NCBI GenBank assembly: GCA_043739185.1
Contig: JAYUEN010000386.1
Coordinates: forward strand, 32,001 to 96,000
Length of the DNA stretch: 64,000 bases
From: Bdellovibrionales bacterium
GTDB lineage: Bacteria; Bdellovibrionota; Bdellovibrionia; Bdellovibrionales; JAMPXM01
Direction of reading: 5' to 3'
Positions 1 through 10,169 of this stretch are shown one piece after another. Under the pieces are notes generated by a model. That model saw only the letters and a list, made by a program, of their open reading frames with translations. It made no database searches and was not told where the DNA came from. The translations under genes were made by a program, and so were the position numbers. Within the stretch, counting starts at the first letter, position 1. Each line of letters starts with the position of its first letter.

Positions 1-453
1 TTAGAATATTTATTTCGCAAAACCAGACATGGTTTGCGAGTGACAGCATGCGGAGAAAATCCCCTCGCACTTGAAACTCAAGGCGTATCGTCTCGTAAAC
101 TTCGCATACGAGCCGTTGTCGAAGGAAGCCTTATTGCTGGCTGTGGCGGCATCTATTTGAGTCTTTGCCAAGGCAGCGCCTATGTTCGAGAAATGGCAGC
201 GGGTCGAGGTTTCATTGCATTGGCGGCTTTAATACTTGGTGGTTGGCGACCATTCCCTACGCTACTTGCGTGTTTGTTTTTTGCGTTGACCGATGCAATT
301 CAAATTCAACTGCAAGGAAAAACCATAGGTGAGTATCAAATTCCGAATTCTTTGGTGCAAATTTCACCTTATTTGATCACGCTGTTACTATTGATCTTTT
401 CTTCTCGCAAGGTCTTGGCACCAAGAGCGATCAATACAAATTCAATTGATTGA
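1..453 (+). CDS. ABC transporter permease (nucleoside/sugar type), 5'-truncated by window edge
   Basis: Frame is open from position 1 (LEYLFRKTRHGLRVTACGENP...). GLRxxAxGENP and AGRGFIALAALILGGWRP motifs are typical of this permease family. Confidence 0.85.
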   Translation, partial: LEYLFRKTRHGLRVTACGENPLALETQGVSSRKLRIRAVVEGSLIAGCGGIYLSLCQGSAYVREMAAGRGFIALAALILGGWRPFPTLLACLFFALTDAIQIQLQGKTIGEYQIPNSLVQISPYLITLLLLIFSSRKVLAPRAINTNSID

Positions 454-473
454 AAAATCGAGTCAGATGGGAC

Positions 474-1460
474 CTAAGTGCTAGGGCTATTTCTTCGACT
501 CCACTCAATGCTTTGTCTCAATGAGTAAGATGCGGGCTTTGGTTTAAATTGAAAAGCTTGCTGGGCTTTACTTGAATCAAACCAATGATACATGGTTGCA
601 ACCACAGCATTTTCATAATTCATAAAAGCCTTTGCGCCGCGACTCGCCTGTAACTCACCGATACGGCCCAGGGTTTTCACGAAAAAGTTGGGTAGATAAA
701 TTTTAGGAGGCTTTACTTCCGCAATTTCAGCAATATTCTCAAATAGTTTTTTAATAGTCAGATTTTCTCCGGCGATAATATAGCGTTCGCCACTTCTACC
801 CATTTCCCAGGCCTTAATTGCACAATGCATAACATCTTCAATTGAAACGACATTCACTCCGCCTGAGGTATAAAAAGGAAGCTTGCCACGCGCGACTCGT
901 TTTTGCATTCCACGAGAAGGTTTCTTTTCATCACCAGGGCCATAAATAGTTGAAGGATTCAAGCAAACAGCGTCAACATCTCCTCTGCGAACGGCATCTA
1001 ATACAAGTTCTTCGGCTTTCTTTTTGGTCTCGAAATATCCCAAATTTAAATGGGATAAATTATATTTTGAGGTTTCATTCAATACCGTATGTGGGCTCAA
1101 ACTCGCACCGATAGTTACCACTGAACTGAAATGCACCAGACGCCGAACGCGATTTGCTTTACAGGCACTTAGGATATTTGCGGTCCCTCGGACATTTACG
1201 TTTTCCATATGCTCACGTTCTGATCGCGCATAAGCTACGACTCCGGCGAGGTGAAAAACCGAGTCGATATTTTTAGCCGCTGTGGTTACGTTTTCAATAT
1301 CGGTAATATCACCGGTGGCCACTTCGACTTTTAAAGAGCGCAGGTCTTCAACATCCTTTGGATCGCGCACAAAAACTCTTACTTGATGACCATGATCGAC
1401 TAAGGTTTGAGCGAGCCATCCACCAACAAATCCCGAGGCACCGGTTACTAAAACACGCAT
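474..1460 (-). CDS. NAD-dependent epimerase/dehydratase (extended SDR, dihydroflavonol reductase/HpnA-like)
   Basis: VLVTGASGFVG Rossmann motif, HLAG, YxxxK (YFETK). Start moved to ATG 1460, which has a GGAGGG Shine-Dalgarno. Confidence 0.85.
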   Translation of the reverse strand: MRVLVTGASGFVGGWLAQTLVDHGHQVRVFVRDPKDVEDLRSLKVEVATGDITDIENVTTAAKNIDSVFHLAGVVAYARSEREHMENVNVRGTANILSACKANRVRRLVHFSSVVTIGASLSPHTVLNETSKYNLSHLNLGYFETKKKAEELVLDAVRRGDVDAVCLNPSTIYGPGDEKKPSRGMQKRVARGKLPFYTSGGVNVVSIEDVMHCAIKAWEMGRSGERYIIAGENLTIKKLFENIAEIAEVKPPKIYLPNFFVKTLGRIGELQASRGAKAFMNYENAVVATMYHWFDSSKAQQAFQFKPKPASYSLRQSIEWSRRNSPST

Positions 1461-1614
1461 CTTAAAATTCCCTCCGAGCTTGTGATGAGACAAACGACCT
1501 GAACTTTATTTGCAAACTATAACGTCTAGTAAATTGAGATCGCACTTCACAATTATTGAGCCTCATTTTAAGTTAGAGCACAATAGATTTAAGCGCGAGG
1601 TGAACGGTGGCTGC

Positions 1615-2217
1615 CTATTTGTATTTGAAGGGCTTTTCTTTTTGCGGATGTGGCATAAAGAAAGCCTTAACAAATAATAGAATTAAATACGAGATCGTAA
1701 AGCCCAAAATTGCGCCGCCAACAATATCACTTGGATAGTGAACGCCAACATAAACTCTGCTGTAGGCAACAGACGCGGCGTAGATATAAACCAATCCCGA
1801 CATTGGCGGAAAAAAATAACTCGTTACAGTTGCGGCTGCAAATATATTAGCGGCATGACTTGAGGGAAACGAGGTGCCACCAGAGTCTTCAACTCTCAAG
1901 ACAACGTGAATTCCCGAATGTGTAGGCCGAGGTCTCTGCACAAAATGCTTGATAACTCGAAATGAAACCATATCGGTTAGAATCAGAGCGATAGCAAGTG
2001 TGATCATATATTTCACACCTTTTTTTCGATATTTTACGAGCAGAAAAAGAACCAATAGTGGAAGGATACCGTACAAAAAAGTCGGCGACTGATGAAAGTC
2101 AGTTACTCCGGGAAAATAAAAATCTCCGAAAGGAAATGTCCAATCTTGATTCATGCGAGCAAACAGACTCTGGTCGAGTCCCTTGTAATACTCCATAAGC
2201 TGAGAAATCACGGCCAC
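1615..2217 (-). CDS. PAP2-family phosphatase (undecaprenyl-PP phosphatase-like)
   Basis: KxxxxRPRP, SFPSSHA and SRVYVGVHYPSDI motifs, plus hydrophobic segments. Confidence 0.9.
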   Translation of the reverse strand: MAVISQLMEYYKGLDQSLFARMNQDWTFPFGDFYFPGVTDFHQSPTFLYGILPLLVLFLLVKYRKKGVKYMITLAIALILTDMVSFRVIKHFVQRPRPTHSGIHVVLRVEDSGGTSFPSSHAANIFAAATVTSYFFPPMSGLVYIYAASVAYSRVYVGVHYPSDIVGGAILGFTISYLILLFVKAFFMPHPQKEKPFKYK

Positions 2218-2309
2218 TCCAACTTTCTTTAAACCTTAAAACGTCCAGTAAAAAATGATCCTAACTCGGATATCTTCTCATTTTACGTGCAGTATGCGAA
2301 ACTATTTTC

Positions 2310-2555
2310 ATGATAGAGCTTAAAAAACTAAATGGAACGTCTATCTTCGTCAACCCTGATATGATTCGTGCCGTTGAAGCCACGCCCGATACGGTCGTAA
2401 ACTTCTTGGATGGAGAGACGATATTAGTGCTGAATACTCCCGAAGAAATTGTTTCAAGCATCGTTTCCTTTAGAAAAAGCTACTTGAATTCTCAAACAAA
2501 TGTTGACGCATTAAGTTCTCAACTTTTAGGTAAACAGCAAGATTTGCAAAAGTAA
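2310..2555 (+). CDS. flbD: FlbD-family flagellar protein
   Basis: MIELKKLNG...VNPDMIRAVEATPDTV signature, directly upstream of motA. Confidence 0.85.
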   Translation: MIELKKLNGTSIFVNPDMIRAVEATPDTVVNFLDGETILVLNTPEEIVSSIVSFRKSYLNSQTNVDALSSQLLGKQQDLQK

Positions 2556-2567
2556 AAGGGTAATTGA

Positions 2568-3338
2568 ATGGATCTCATTACAGTCGTCGGTTTGGTGCTC
2601 GCAATTGGTGGGATATTGGGTGGTCAGCTTCTTGAGGGTGGGCATATTAACTCACTCATTCAGTCCACCGCATTCTTAATCGTATTTGGCGGAACACTAG
2701 GTGCGGTCTGCATTTCGACAACCGCCGAAGATTTAAAAATGGGGTTGAAACTCTTACGATTGGGATTTTTCGATTCGAATGAGCAAAACTCAGAAAAAAT
2801 AGTAACTCAGCTCATTGAGGCCGCCCAAGTTGCGAGAAAAGAGTCGATTTTAGCGCTTGAAAAAAAACTTGCTGATATGAGTAATCCTTTTATGCAAAAT
2901 GTGTTTCGTTTTGTGATCGATGGTGTCGATCCTAAAACGCTTCGAGAAATTTTTGAAAACGAACTTTTCATTGAGGAAGAAAACCAACATGCAGGCGCAA
3001 AAATTTGGATGGATGCTGGAGGCTTTTCTCCCACCATCGGAATCATAGGAGCCGTATTAGGACTGATTCATGTCATGGAAAATTTGGCAGATACTGCAAA
3101 ATTAGGACAAGGTATTGCCGTCGCGTTCGTTGCGACTGTGTACGGCGTGGGTTCGGCAAATATTTTGTTTATTCCGCTAGCGAATAAGATTAAGAGAAAA
3201 ATTAAACTCGAAATTGAAATTAAAAATATGATTCTAGAAGGGGCAATCGGAATTATGGCCGGAATGAATCCGTTCATAATTGAGCAGAAATTAAGAGCCT
3301 ATCTTCACCAAAATAGGCCGCAACCTAAAGAACAATAA
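2568..3338 (+). CDS. motA: Flagellar stator protein MotA
   Basis: AFLIVFGGT, ARKESILALE, PTIGIIGAVLGLI and AFVATVYGV motifs. Confidence 0.95.
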   Translation: MDLITVVGLVLAIGGILGGQLLEGGHINSLIQSTAFLIVFGGTLGAVCISTTAEDLKMGLKLLRLGFFDSNEQNSEKIVTQLIEAAQVARKESILALEKKLADMSNPFMQNVFRFVIDGVDPKTLREIFENELFIEEENQHAGAKIWMDAGGFSPTIGIIGAVLGLIHVMENLADTAKLGQGIAVAFVATVYGVGSANILFIPLANKIKRKIKLEIEIKNMILEGAIGIMAGMNPFIIEQKLRAYLHQNRPQPKEQ

Positions 3339-3341
3339 TTC

Positions 3342-4079
3342 ATGGCAAGACGAAAACGACAAGAAGAACATGAAAATCACGAGCGTTGGCTGGTATCTTA
3401 TGCCGACTTTATAACGCTTTTATTTGCGTTTTTTACGGTTCTTTATGCGACATCGCAACATGACCTCAAGAAACAAGAAGAGTTCGAAAAGTCGATTCGT
3501 AAATATTTTAGTGGAGCAGGCTTAGGTGAAAGCCAAGGCGAATTCAATACCGAAGCTGAGAATCGAAGTTTGGTAGATCCGCCGATAAAATCTTTTCCCC
3601 CTATGACGGCCGGGCCGCAAGAGGTACAGGACTACGTTCAAAGAGTATTGCAAAAATCAATGGATAAAGGTGAATATCAAGATGCGATTCAAGAAATTCA
3701 TCACGATACCATTGGCGCGCGCATTCAGCTTGCGGCGTCCTCTCTATTTCCCAGTGGTTCAGCGGAATTAAAAGTTTCCTCGGCAGCGGCACTAGATAAA
3801 ATTGGACTTTTGCTTAAGGATTCAAAGCGCCGATTGATCATTGAGGGGCATACCGACAATGAACCCGTTCATACCGCAAAATTTCCCAGTAACTGGGAGC
3901 TCTCAGCCATCCGGGCTACAAAGGTATTGAGATACCTCGCTGCCCGAGACCAAATTGACCCAAGCACCATGACAGCGGTCGCATACGCGGATCAAAAACC
4001 GGTCGCGCCTAATGATACTGAAGAGAATCGAGCCAAAAATCGCCGCATTGAAATATTGATTGTCAGCGATTCAAAGTGA
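3342..4079 (+). CDS. motB: Flagellar stator protein MotB
   Basis: WLVSYADFITLLFAFF transmembrane motif with the conserved Asp. OmpA-like domain (IEGHTDN, NWELS, NRRIEI). Confidence 0.95.
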   Translation: MARRKRQEEHENHERWLVSYADFITLLFAFFTVLYATSQHDLKKQEEFEKSIRKYFSGAGLGESQGEFNTEAENRSLVDPPIKSFPPMTAGPQEVQDYVQRVLQKSMDKGEYQDAIQEIHHDTIGARIQLAASSLFPSGSAELKVSSAAALDKIGLLLKDSKRRLIIEGHTDNEPVHTAKFPSNWELSAIRATKVLRYLAARDQIDPSTMTAVAYADQKPVAPNDTEENRAKNRRIEILIVSDSK

Positions 4080-4084
4080 TACTT

Positions 4085-5092
4085 CTAGAGGCCTTCGATT
4101 TCAACTTTCTGAATGACAATTCTTTTTAGCGGTCGACTGGTGGGTCCGGTTTTTACCCTTGAAATTTTTTGTACGACATCCATTCCGCTGATCACTTCAC
4201 CAAATACAGAATATTTATCGTCGAAGCTGGGTTGAGGGCCGAGGGTAATAAAAAATTGTGAGCCCGCAGTGTTTGGGCCATGATTGGCCATTGAAACCAT
4301 CCCGGCTTTATCATGATGCAAATAGGGCGTAAACTCGTCTTGAATTTCATAGCCTGGCCCACCGCGACCATCGCCGAATGGACAGCCCATTTGGACTACA
4401 AAATCGCGCACCACTTTGAATATAATTTGCCCGTTAAAAAATGGGCGAGTCGATTTTTTTGAAGTGGCAACTTCAACAAACTCCTTTTGCCCGGTAGCAA
4501 GATCCGTAAAATTTCTAACGGTCCTCGGAGCATATTGCGGATAAAGTTTCATTTTGAAAGCGCCCATTGAGGTGACCACTGTCGCAAATAGTTTTTTGTC
4601 TGCAATTCTCTCTCCCACATCGATTATTTTATTTTTTGGCGAGGAAGAGGTCGGGGCCATTGATGGCGGTGGATAGCTAGGCGCCTGTGGAGCTCCCACA
4701 TTTGGGTCACCACCAGGGGGCGCGATAGTTGAAGCTTTTGAAATATCACTTGGGTTTTGAAAGTTTCCGTTGTTGCTTGGGGGCTTTTCTTGTGGGGCAT
4801 TTGGCGGCGGCGGAGCAATGTCTTGCGAAACTCCTGAGCTCGGCGGTGCAATCAAATTTTGCGGAGGTGCATTTGGTGGCGGCGCTACGTTTACTGGCGG
4901 TGCCTGATTTGCTTTCACGGGTTGGCCACCTGGCTTGGTTGGTGGCGATAAAGCGCCCGGATCGTATCCTGGCGGATTTTGAGGCTCAACATTTAGGGCT
5001 GGGTTTTGTGCAAAGGAATTTGAATTGGCAAATTGAAAAGCGCAGACAAACAAGAAACTAAAAAGCCAATTTAAGCATTTTACATTTGTCAT
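4085..5092 (-). CDS. Exported cyclophilin-type peptidyl-prolyl isomerase with long Pro-rich N-terminal region
   Basis: Signal peptide, about 130 aa Pro-rich linker, then APRTVRNF, QMGCP, SMANHGPNTAGSQFFIT and YSVFGEV. Confidence 0.9.
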   Translation of the reverse strand: MTNVKCLNWLFSFLFVCAFQFANSNSFAQNPALNVEPQNPPGYDPGALSPPTKPGGQPVKANQAPPVNVAPPPNAPPQNLIAPPSSGVSQDIAPPPPNAPQEKPPSNNGNFQNPSDISKASTIAPPGGDPNVGAPQAPSYPPPSMAPTSSSPKNKIIDVGERIADKKLFATVVTSMGAFKMKLYPQYAPRTVRNFTDLATGQKEFVEVATSKKSTRPFFNGQIIFKVVRDFVVQMGCPFGDGRGGPGYEIQDEFTPYLHHDKAGMVSMANHGPNTAGSQFFITLGPQPSFDDKYSVFGEVISGMDVVQKISRVKTGPTSRPLKRIVIQKVEIEGL

Positions 5093-7527
5093 TTCTCACC
5101 TCGTATATCGCCAAGTATTTGAGAGTTCTGTAAAAAAAGTTTCGTCAAATGAGAATCTAAAAATTCTGTACTCATGCCCATATTAACTGCCAAAGAAAGA
5201 ATATTTTCTGAGTTTTTTCTTAGTTTGGTTTGTGACTGCGCACTTGTGAGTTGATGCATTTGCTCGACCGTTCTCAAATCATTGTAATTTTTAAGTAAAC
5301 TTGGACCCAAAACTTTCCAGTTTGGGTCTTGCTCCATAAGATATTGAATCATGCCCTGAGTCGACGAATCAAGAGAGAACTGAGAGCGCTTAAGTAAAGC
5401 AGTCTGACAGGCAAACTCAATATCGACTAGACCTCCAAATTGAAACTTGAGATCAAATAGGCTTTCGTCTTTCGTTAAGAGTTTGGCGCGGATTTCTCGC
5501 AAGCGCTGATCGTCATCACTAGTAAAAATATGTTCGCCAGCGATTTGAGAAGCGCTAAAGGCTGTCGGCAAAAGTGGTCGAGCTCTCAAATAAGCTTGGC
5601 GCTCCCAGGGTTCGGCATTCTTTTGCAAGAAGCTTTCGAGCTGACTCTTAGAGACGAGTAGTGGGCCCGCGTGACCGCTCGGCCGCAGGCGGGTATCAAT
5701 ATTGTAAATAACGCCACCTCGGTTATGCTGATTTAACCATGAAATAAATTTGCGACTTAATTTGTGTTGCAATGGGCTGGGATCATTTTCGGTTAAAAAA
5801 ATAAAATCAAGGTCTGAACGAAATCCGAGCTCTCTCCCTCCCCACTTACCGAGACAAAGAATATTGACTGGTTCGCATTTTAAATCGTCGGCGATTTTCT
5901 TAAGTATAGATTTACATATTTCGTCGGCACTGAAGCTCAGGTCTCGGGACAAATTATGAAGATCTTTATCTTTTAAGAATTTTTGCGCAGATAAAACTTC
6001 AACAATCAGTCTTCTTTCAATTAGCATTTCAAGAAACTCATCTTCTGCTTCGGGAAGATCTGCTTGAGCATTGAAAAACAAGCTGTCGATGAGTTCAGGC
6101 CGTAGAACAAAAATATTTGCTAAATATGGAGAGCATGAAAACAGCCAAGCCAAAGCTTCGGTTAATTTTTCTTCGCGATTGAGTAAACTATAAAGACTCG
6201 CTTTTGCTCGGGTGGCTTTGATAAAATCATATAGGAGTGCTAGAGCCAAATTTTTGTTTCGATCGATTCTGGCAATATGTTCGACGAAGCTCTCTAAAAA
6301 GTGCAGGCGCGAACGTTCATCACGTTCAGATTTAAGAGACTGGGCTTTTGCGGCGATCAATTCGGGCCAAATATCTTTGATGCAAGCTTCGGAAAAGCCT
6401 TTTTTTGCTAACCATTCTTGTTGCTGAACTAGCTCCGTTGGCATGGTATTTTTTAAGTCCACTTGCAAAAGATTCGAAACAAAGAGGTGAATTTGACTGG
6501 CGAGTTGCAATAATTTTGACACTTGAAACTGGTGATAATGGCTTTGCGCGCGTTCAATAGAATAGGTTTGTTGATCCTCTTTCGCTTGAAGATGATTTTC
6601 AACATCTCTAAGTTGCCAATAAGATTCGTGAAGAAATTGGGCGTCGCTCAGGGAAATAAATGAGTGCTCTTTGAGACCACAAATGGCTGCAGATGTTGAT
6701 TGAGTTTGCAGGGCTTTGTTTTTCCCGCCATGAATGAGTTGCAGTGAATGCACAAAGAGCTCGAGATCGCGAATGCCACCCGGACTGAGCTTAAGGTTGA
6801 ATACTCGTGGATCCTTCAAGCTCATTTCATGATGAATTTTACTTCTGAGCTGGGCTAAGTCATCTACGAGTGTCAAATCAATATGTTTACGGTAAGAAAA
6901 GTGATTCGCGAACTTCAATACCTCTTCAGCTAACTTAGGATCACCGTAAATAAAGCGCGCTCTGACATAAGAAAGTCGCTCCCACATTTCGCCGTGGTAA
7001 CCATAGTGGTACTCAAATTCTGTTTGAGAAGTAAGCGGCGAGCCTGCTCCGCCACCGGGCCTCAAATTGAGGTCAACTCTCAGACAATAAGCAAATTCAC
7101 TCAACGTTGAAAGATTGGTGGTAAAGCTTTTGAGAATTTTCAAATCGATTGTCTTATGGTCTCGTCTTACAAAAACCAAATCAACATCTGAGCTCAAATT
7201 CAGTTCTCGGGAGCCCAATTTTCCTAGGGCCAAAATTATGAAATCTTCTGGTCCGCCGCCAGCCATTTCCCAGGCTTTGGAGATAAGAGCTTCTGCCGCG
7301 AGCGACCATTCAAAGCAGATTTCTTCAGGAGAAGCATTGTGAAAAAAGGTCGCAAGAACAGCCTCGCACCAGGCCTCATGCCTTGATAATCGCAAGAGCG
7401 CTTGGGCATCGAGTTCGGTGCGGGGTCGCGTCAGGAGAGTGAGATAGCGCGCGAGCGCAGGTGAAAATTCACAAGCTTGAGTCCGTTCATCTTTTGAGTA
7501 ACTCGCAAGACTAGCAAGTTTACTCAA
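5089..7527 (-). CDS. glnE: Glutamine synthetase adenylyltransferase
   Basis: Two nucleotidyltransferase motifs (LGKLGSRELNLSSDVDLVF and LGKWGGRELGFRSDLDFIF), DxxLRPxG twice, GGIRDLE and GGLVDIEF. Likely start is TTG 7527 overlapping the tolB stop; the ORF track starts at 7602. Confidence 0.9.
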   Translation of the reverse strand: MSKLASLASYSKDERTQACEFSPALARYLTLLTRPRTELDAQALLRLSRHEAWCEAVLATFFHNASPEEICFEWSLAAEALISKAWEMAGGGPEDFIILALGKLGSRELNLSSDVDLVFVRRDHKTIDLKILKSFTTNLSTLSEFAYCLRVDLNLRPGGGAGSPLTSQTEFEYHYGYHGEMWERLSYVRARFIYGDPKLAEEVLKFANHFSYRKHIDLTLVDDLAQLRSKIHHEMSLKDPRVFNLKLSPGGIRDLELFVHSLQLIHGGKNKALQTQSTSAAICGLKEHSFISLSDAQFLHESYWQLRDVENHLQAKEDQQTYSIERAQSHYHQFQVSKLLQLASQIHLFVSNLLQVDLKNTMPTELVQQQEWLAKKGFSEACIKDIWPELIAAKAQSLKSERDERSRLHFLESFVEHIARIDRNKNLALALLYDFIKATRAKASLYSLLNREEKLTEALAWLFSCSPYLANIFVLRPELIDSLFFNAQADLPEAEDEFLEMLIERRLIVEVLSAQKFLKDKDLHNLSRDLSFSADEICKSILKKIADDLKCEPVNILCLGKWGGRELGFRSDLDFIFLTENDPSPLQHKLSRKFISWLNQHNRGGVIYNIDTRLRPSGHAGPLLVSKSQLESFLQKNAEPWERQAYLRARPLLPTAFSASQIAGEHIFTSDDDQRLREIRAKLLTKDESLFDLKFQFGGLVDIEFACQTALLKRSQFSLDSSTQGMIQYLMEQDPNWKVLGPSLLKNYNDLRTVEQMHQLTSAQSQTKLRKNSENILSLAVNMGMSTEFLDSHLTKLFLQNSQILGDIRGEK

Positions 7528-8935
7528 GGTATGGGGACCAGACAGGCTTAAAGTAGTCATTTTTATCGAAAGTGATTCTTCTTTCGTTTTCGCCATCGAC
7601 ATCTACAATATAGAGTTGGTGATGCCCATCACGATTGCTTGAAAATAAAATATGGCGACCGTCAGGAGAAAAGCTCGGATCCTCATTGTCCGCCATTTTG
7701 CCGTTTGTGGTCTTTTTTGCTGAAGTGAGGCGAATCATATTTTCCCCATCTGCATCCATTACAAAAAGATCAAAATGTCCCTTGTCGCTACCTGCAAAAA
7801 CAATTTTTTTACCATCTGGAGACCATTTCGGACACGAATTGAATTCACCAGCCACAGTCAGACGTTTGACATTGGCGCCGTCTGCATTCATTACGTAGAC
7901 CATAGGTCGCCCATGTCGATCCGAAGAGAAAGCAATCTTTTTTCCGTCGGGACTTACGCTCGGCTCAACATTCAATACTTCCTTTGCACTGGCAGTCAAG
8001 GCGTCAAACGAACGCCCGTCCATGGTCATGCGATAAATATTCGGACTCTCTCCGCGAGTCATAGTCAAAACTATATGTTTTCCATCCGGGAAAAAACTCA
8101 CTCCAGAATTGATGCCGGGCCGAGCTGAAATAAGCTTTCTCTCTTGAGTTTCGGTATTGTAAAAAAATAAATCCGCATTTCTGGTGCGCTCACTTGTATG
8201 ATAGGTGAAGTTTCGATAACCAATACTTTTGCCGTCTGCCGACCAGGCCGGTGAATTGGCAATGGAATGGTGATGCGTGATGGCTTTTGTGTTGACGCCA
8301 TCCCAATCCATTACAAAGATTTCACGCTGCTGCGGCTCTGTGCTTCGCGCGGTCACTATTTTAGAGAGAAAAAACCCCTTAATTCCGGTCAACTCTTTGA
8401 CAATGTCATTCGAAAAAGTATGAGCGATGATGCGGGCATCTTTGCTGCGGCCTTGATAGGTTTTAGCAAGAACCTTTTTTTGTTGGGGAACATAATACAA
8501 ATAAGTTTCAAGAGTTACTTCATCGTCGACAATTTTATATCCAGCGCGAATGAGAAAGTCGGCTCCGATTTGCTTCCAACTAGAAAAATTGAATCCTGAC
8601 GACTCTTCGGAGACTGGGCGCAAACTAACTTTTGAAACATCTTCAACAAAAGCTTCGCGCTTCAGAAAGTCGAAATAGGAACTAACACTCAAATCAAATT
8701 GAATTGTATCAAAAATTTCTTTTCCGACCGCCACATAGTTTTTGCTGATACCCGGAGTACCCAGATATTGAAAAGCTGGCAAAGCCATGATGCTTTTTTT
8801 GAATTTCGCATCACCCACATTCAAATGAATGGGGCTTTCAGCCCAGGCACTCGAAAAAATGAAAGCGACGGTCGCAAAGCTAAGAAGTAAGCCTTTGGCG
8901 AAATTTTGCAATAACCTAGGGATCAAACTGTTCAT
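7520..8935 (-). CDS. tolB: Tol-Pal system beta-propeller protein TolB
   Basis: Signal peptide, TolB-like N-terminal domain, repeated PD40 motifs (PAWSADG, PSVSPDG, PKWSPDG, PSFSPDG). Downstream of tolQRA. Confidence 0.9.
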   Translation of the reverse strand: MNSLIPRLLQNFAKGLLLSFATVAFIFSSAWAESPIHLNVGDAKFKKSIMALPAFQYLGTPGISKNYVAVGKEIFDTIQFDLSVSSYFDFLKREAFVEDVSKVSLRPVSEESSGFNFSSWKQIGADFLIRAGYKIVDDEVTLETYLYYVPQQKKVLAKTYQGRSKDARIIAHTFSNDIVKELTGIKGFFLSKIVTARSTEPQQREIFVMDWDGVNTKAITHHHSIANSPAWSADGKSIGYRNFTYHTSERTRNADLFFYNTETQERKLISARPGINSGVSFFPDGKHIVLTMTRGESPNIYRMTMDGRSFDALTASAKEVLNVEPSVSPDGKKIAFSSDRHGRPMVYVMNADGANVKRLTVAGEFNSCPKWSPDGKKIVFAGSDKGHFDLFVMDADGENMIRLTSAKKTTNGKMADNEDPSFSPDGRHILFSSNRDGHHQLYIVDVDGENERRITFDKNDYFKPVWSPYLE

Positions 8936-8964
8936 CTTAAGTTCTCCTTAAATATCACGCTCAG

Positions 8965-9723
8965 TTATTCGGGAAACCCAAACTCAATTCCGTCAACAGC
9001 TAAAATATTTGTTAGTTTAGACGGCGGACTTTCAAAGGGTCCCGAGCGCTCAATCGACTCCAAACACTTTTCATCAAAAACTGAATTTCCTGAGGACTTT
9101 TTGATCTGCTTTTTAACAATATTACCAGACGAATCTATATAGACCATTACGCTAGCAGTTAGATTTTGATTTTTAAGCAGGCTGGGAAGATTCCAATTGG
9201 ACTTTACTTTTTCATCGAGCCGATCAAGGTATGAGTCATAATCTATTTTATTGAGTCCGGTGATTGAGGAGCCCGCGGCCAGAACCGCGCCTCGAATGGG
9301 AGCGGCTGGAGTTGCATGAGCTTGCGCTCTTGCTTTCGACATTTCTGCAAGTTTCTTAAAGGCCTCGAGACGCTTGATGGCATCTTCTTCTGCGCTTTTT
9401 GCCTTACGAAGATCAATTTTTTTCGGGTCCATTTTGCTCACATCAGGTAACTTCTTTGGCATGGCGATTGGGATGGGAGCGGGTGGGGGCAATTTCAAAT
9501 CTGCTGGGGTCGCGACGGGTTTCGGAACATTTGGCAGCGTCTGAGACTTGGCCGGTAAGCCCACCATATCGACGCGAATGGCATGTTGAACATGAATCAC
9601 CTCAGAGGGAAAAAAGACGGCGCGAAATACCAACAAGGCGCCAACGATGATATGTCCGAGGAGGGACCATCGAATGGATTTAGAAAAATCGTCTTGAGGT
9701 TGAATCAGAACAGAAAAACTCAT
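8965..9723 (-). CDS. tolA: TolA/TonB-family energy transducer
   Basis: N-terminal TM with SxxxH (SLLGH), Pro/Lys-rich linker, TonB_C-like end (KSSGNSVFD). Lies between tolR and tolB. Confidence 0.8.
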   Translation of the reverse strand: MSFSVLIQPQDDFSKSIRWSLLGHIIVGALLVFRAVFFPSEVIHVQHAIRVDMVGLPAKSQTLPNVPKPVATPADLKLPPPAPIPIAMPKKLPDVSKMDPKKIDLRKAKSAEEDAIKRLEAFKKLAEMSKARAQAHATPAAPIRGAVLAAGSSITGLNKIDYDSYLDRLDEKVKSNWNLPSLLKNQNLTASVMVYIDSSGNIVKKQIKKSSGNSVFDEKCLESIERSGPFESPPSKLTNILAVDGIEFGFPE

Positions 9724-9752
9724 TAAAAAATCATCTCATTGGTAATGGCGGT

Positions 9753-10169
9753 CTAGTTTATTTTTGGCAAAGTTACTAAGCTAATTTCTGAAATCCCCGC
9801 CGCACGGATCTCACCCATTGCTTCGGCGACCAAGCCGTAGTCTACGTTGCGATCGGCCTGTAAATAAATTTGTTTGTTTTTGCGAGTTGAAAAAATTGCG
9901 GTCAGCTTTTCAGAAAGCGCGGGCAAATGAAGTTCTGTATCGCCCACATAAAGTTTTTTATTTTTGCGAATTTCAAGGACAAAAGGTTCATCGGTGGTGG
10001 GCGTTCCCGAGCTTGAGACTTCAGGTAAATCGATGTCGATTCCTTGTTGCATCATCGGCGTGGTGACCATAAAAATGATCAATAGGACCAGCATCACATC
10101 GACCATAGGAGTAATATTAATTTCACTCATGGCCATTCGACTTTTAGTTGAAGAGCCGGACATTCCCAC
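9753..10169 (-). CDS. tolR: TolR/ExbD
   Basis: EINITPMVDVMLVLLIIFMVT and ADRNVDYG motifs. Confidence 0.9.
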   Translation of the reverse strand: MGMSGSSTKSRMAMSEINITPMVDVMLVLLIIFMVTTPMMQQGIDIDLPEVSSSGTPTTDEPFVLEIRKNKKLYVGDTELHLPALSEKLTAIFSTRKNKQIYLQADRNVDYGLVAEAMGEIRAAGISEISLVTLPKIN

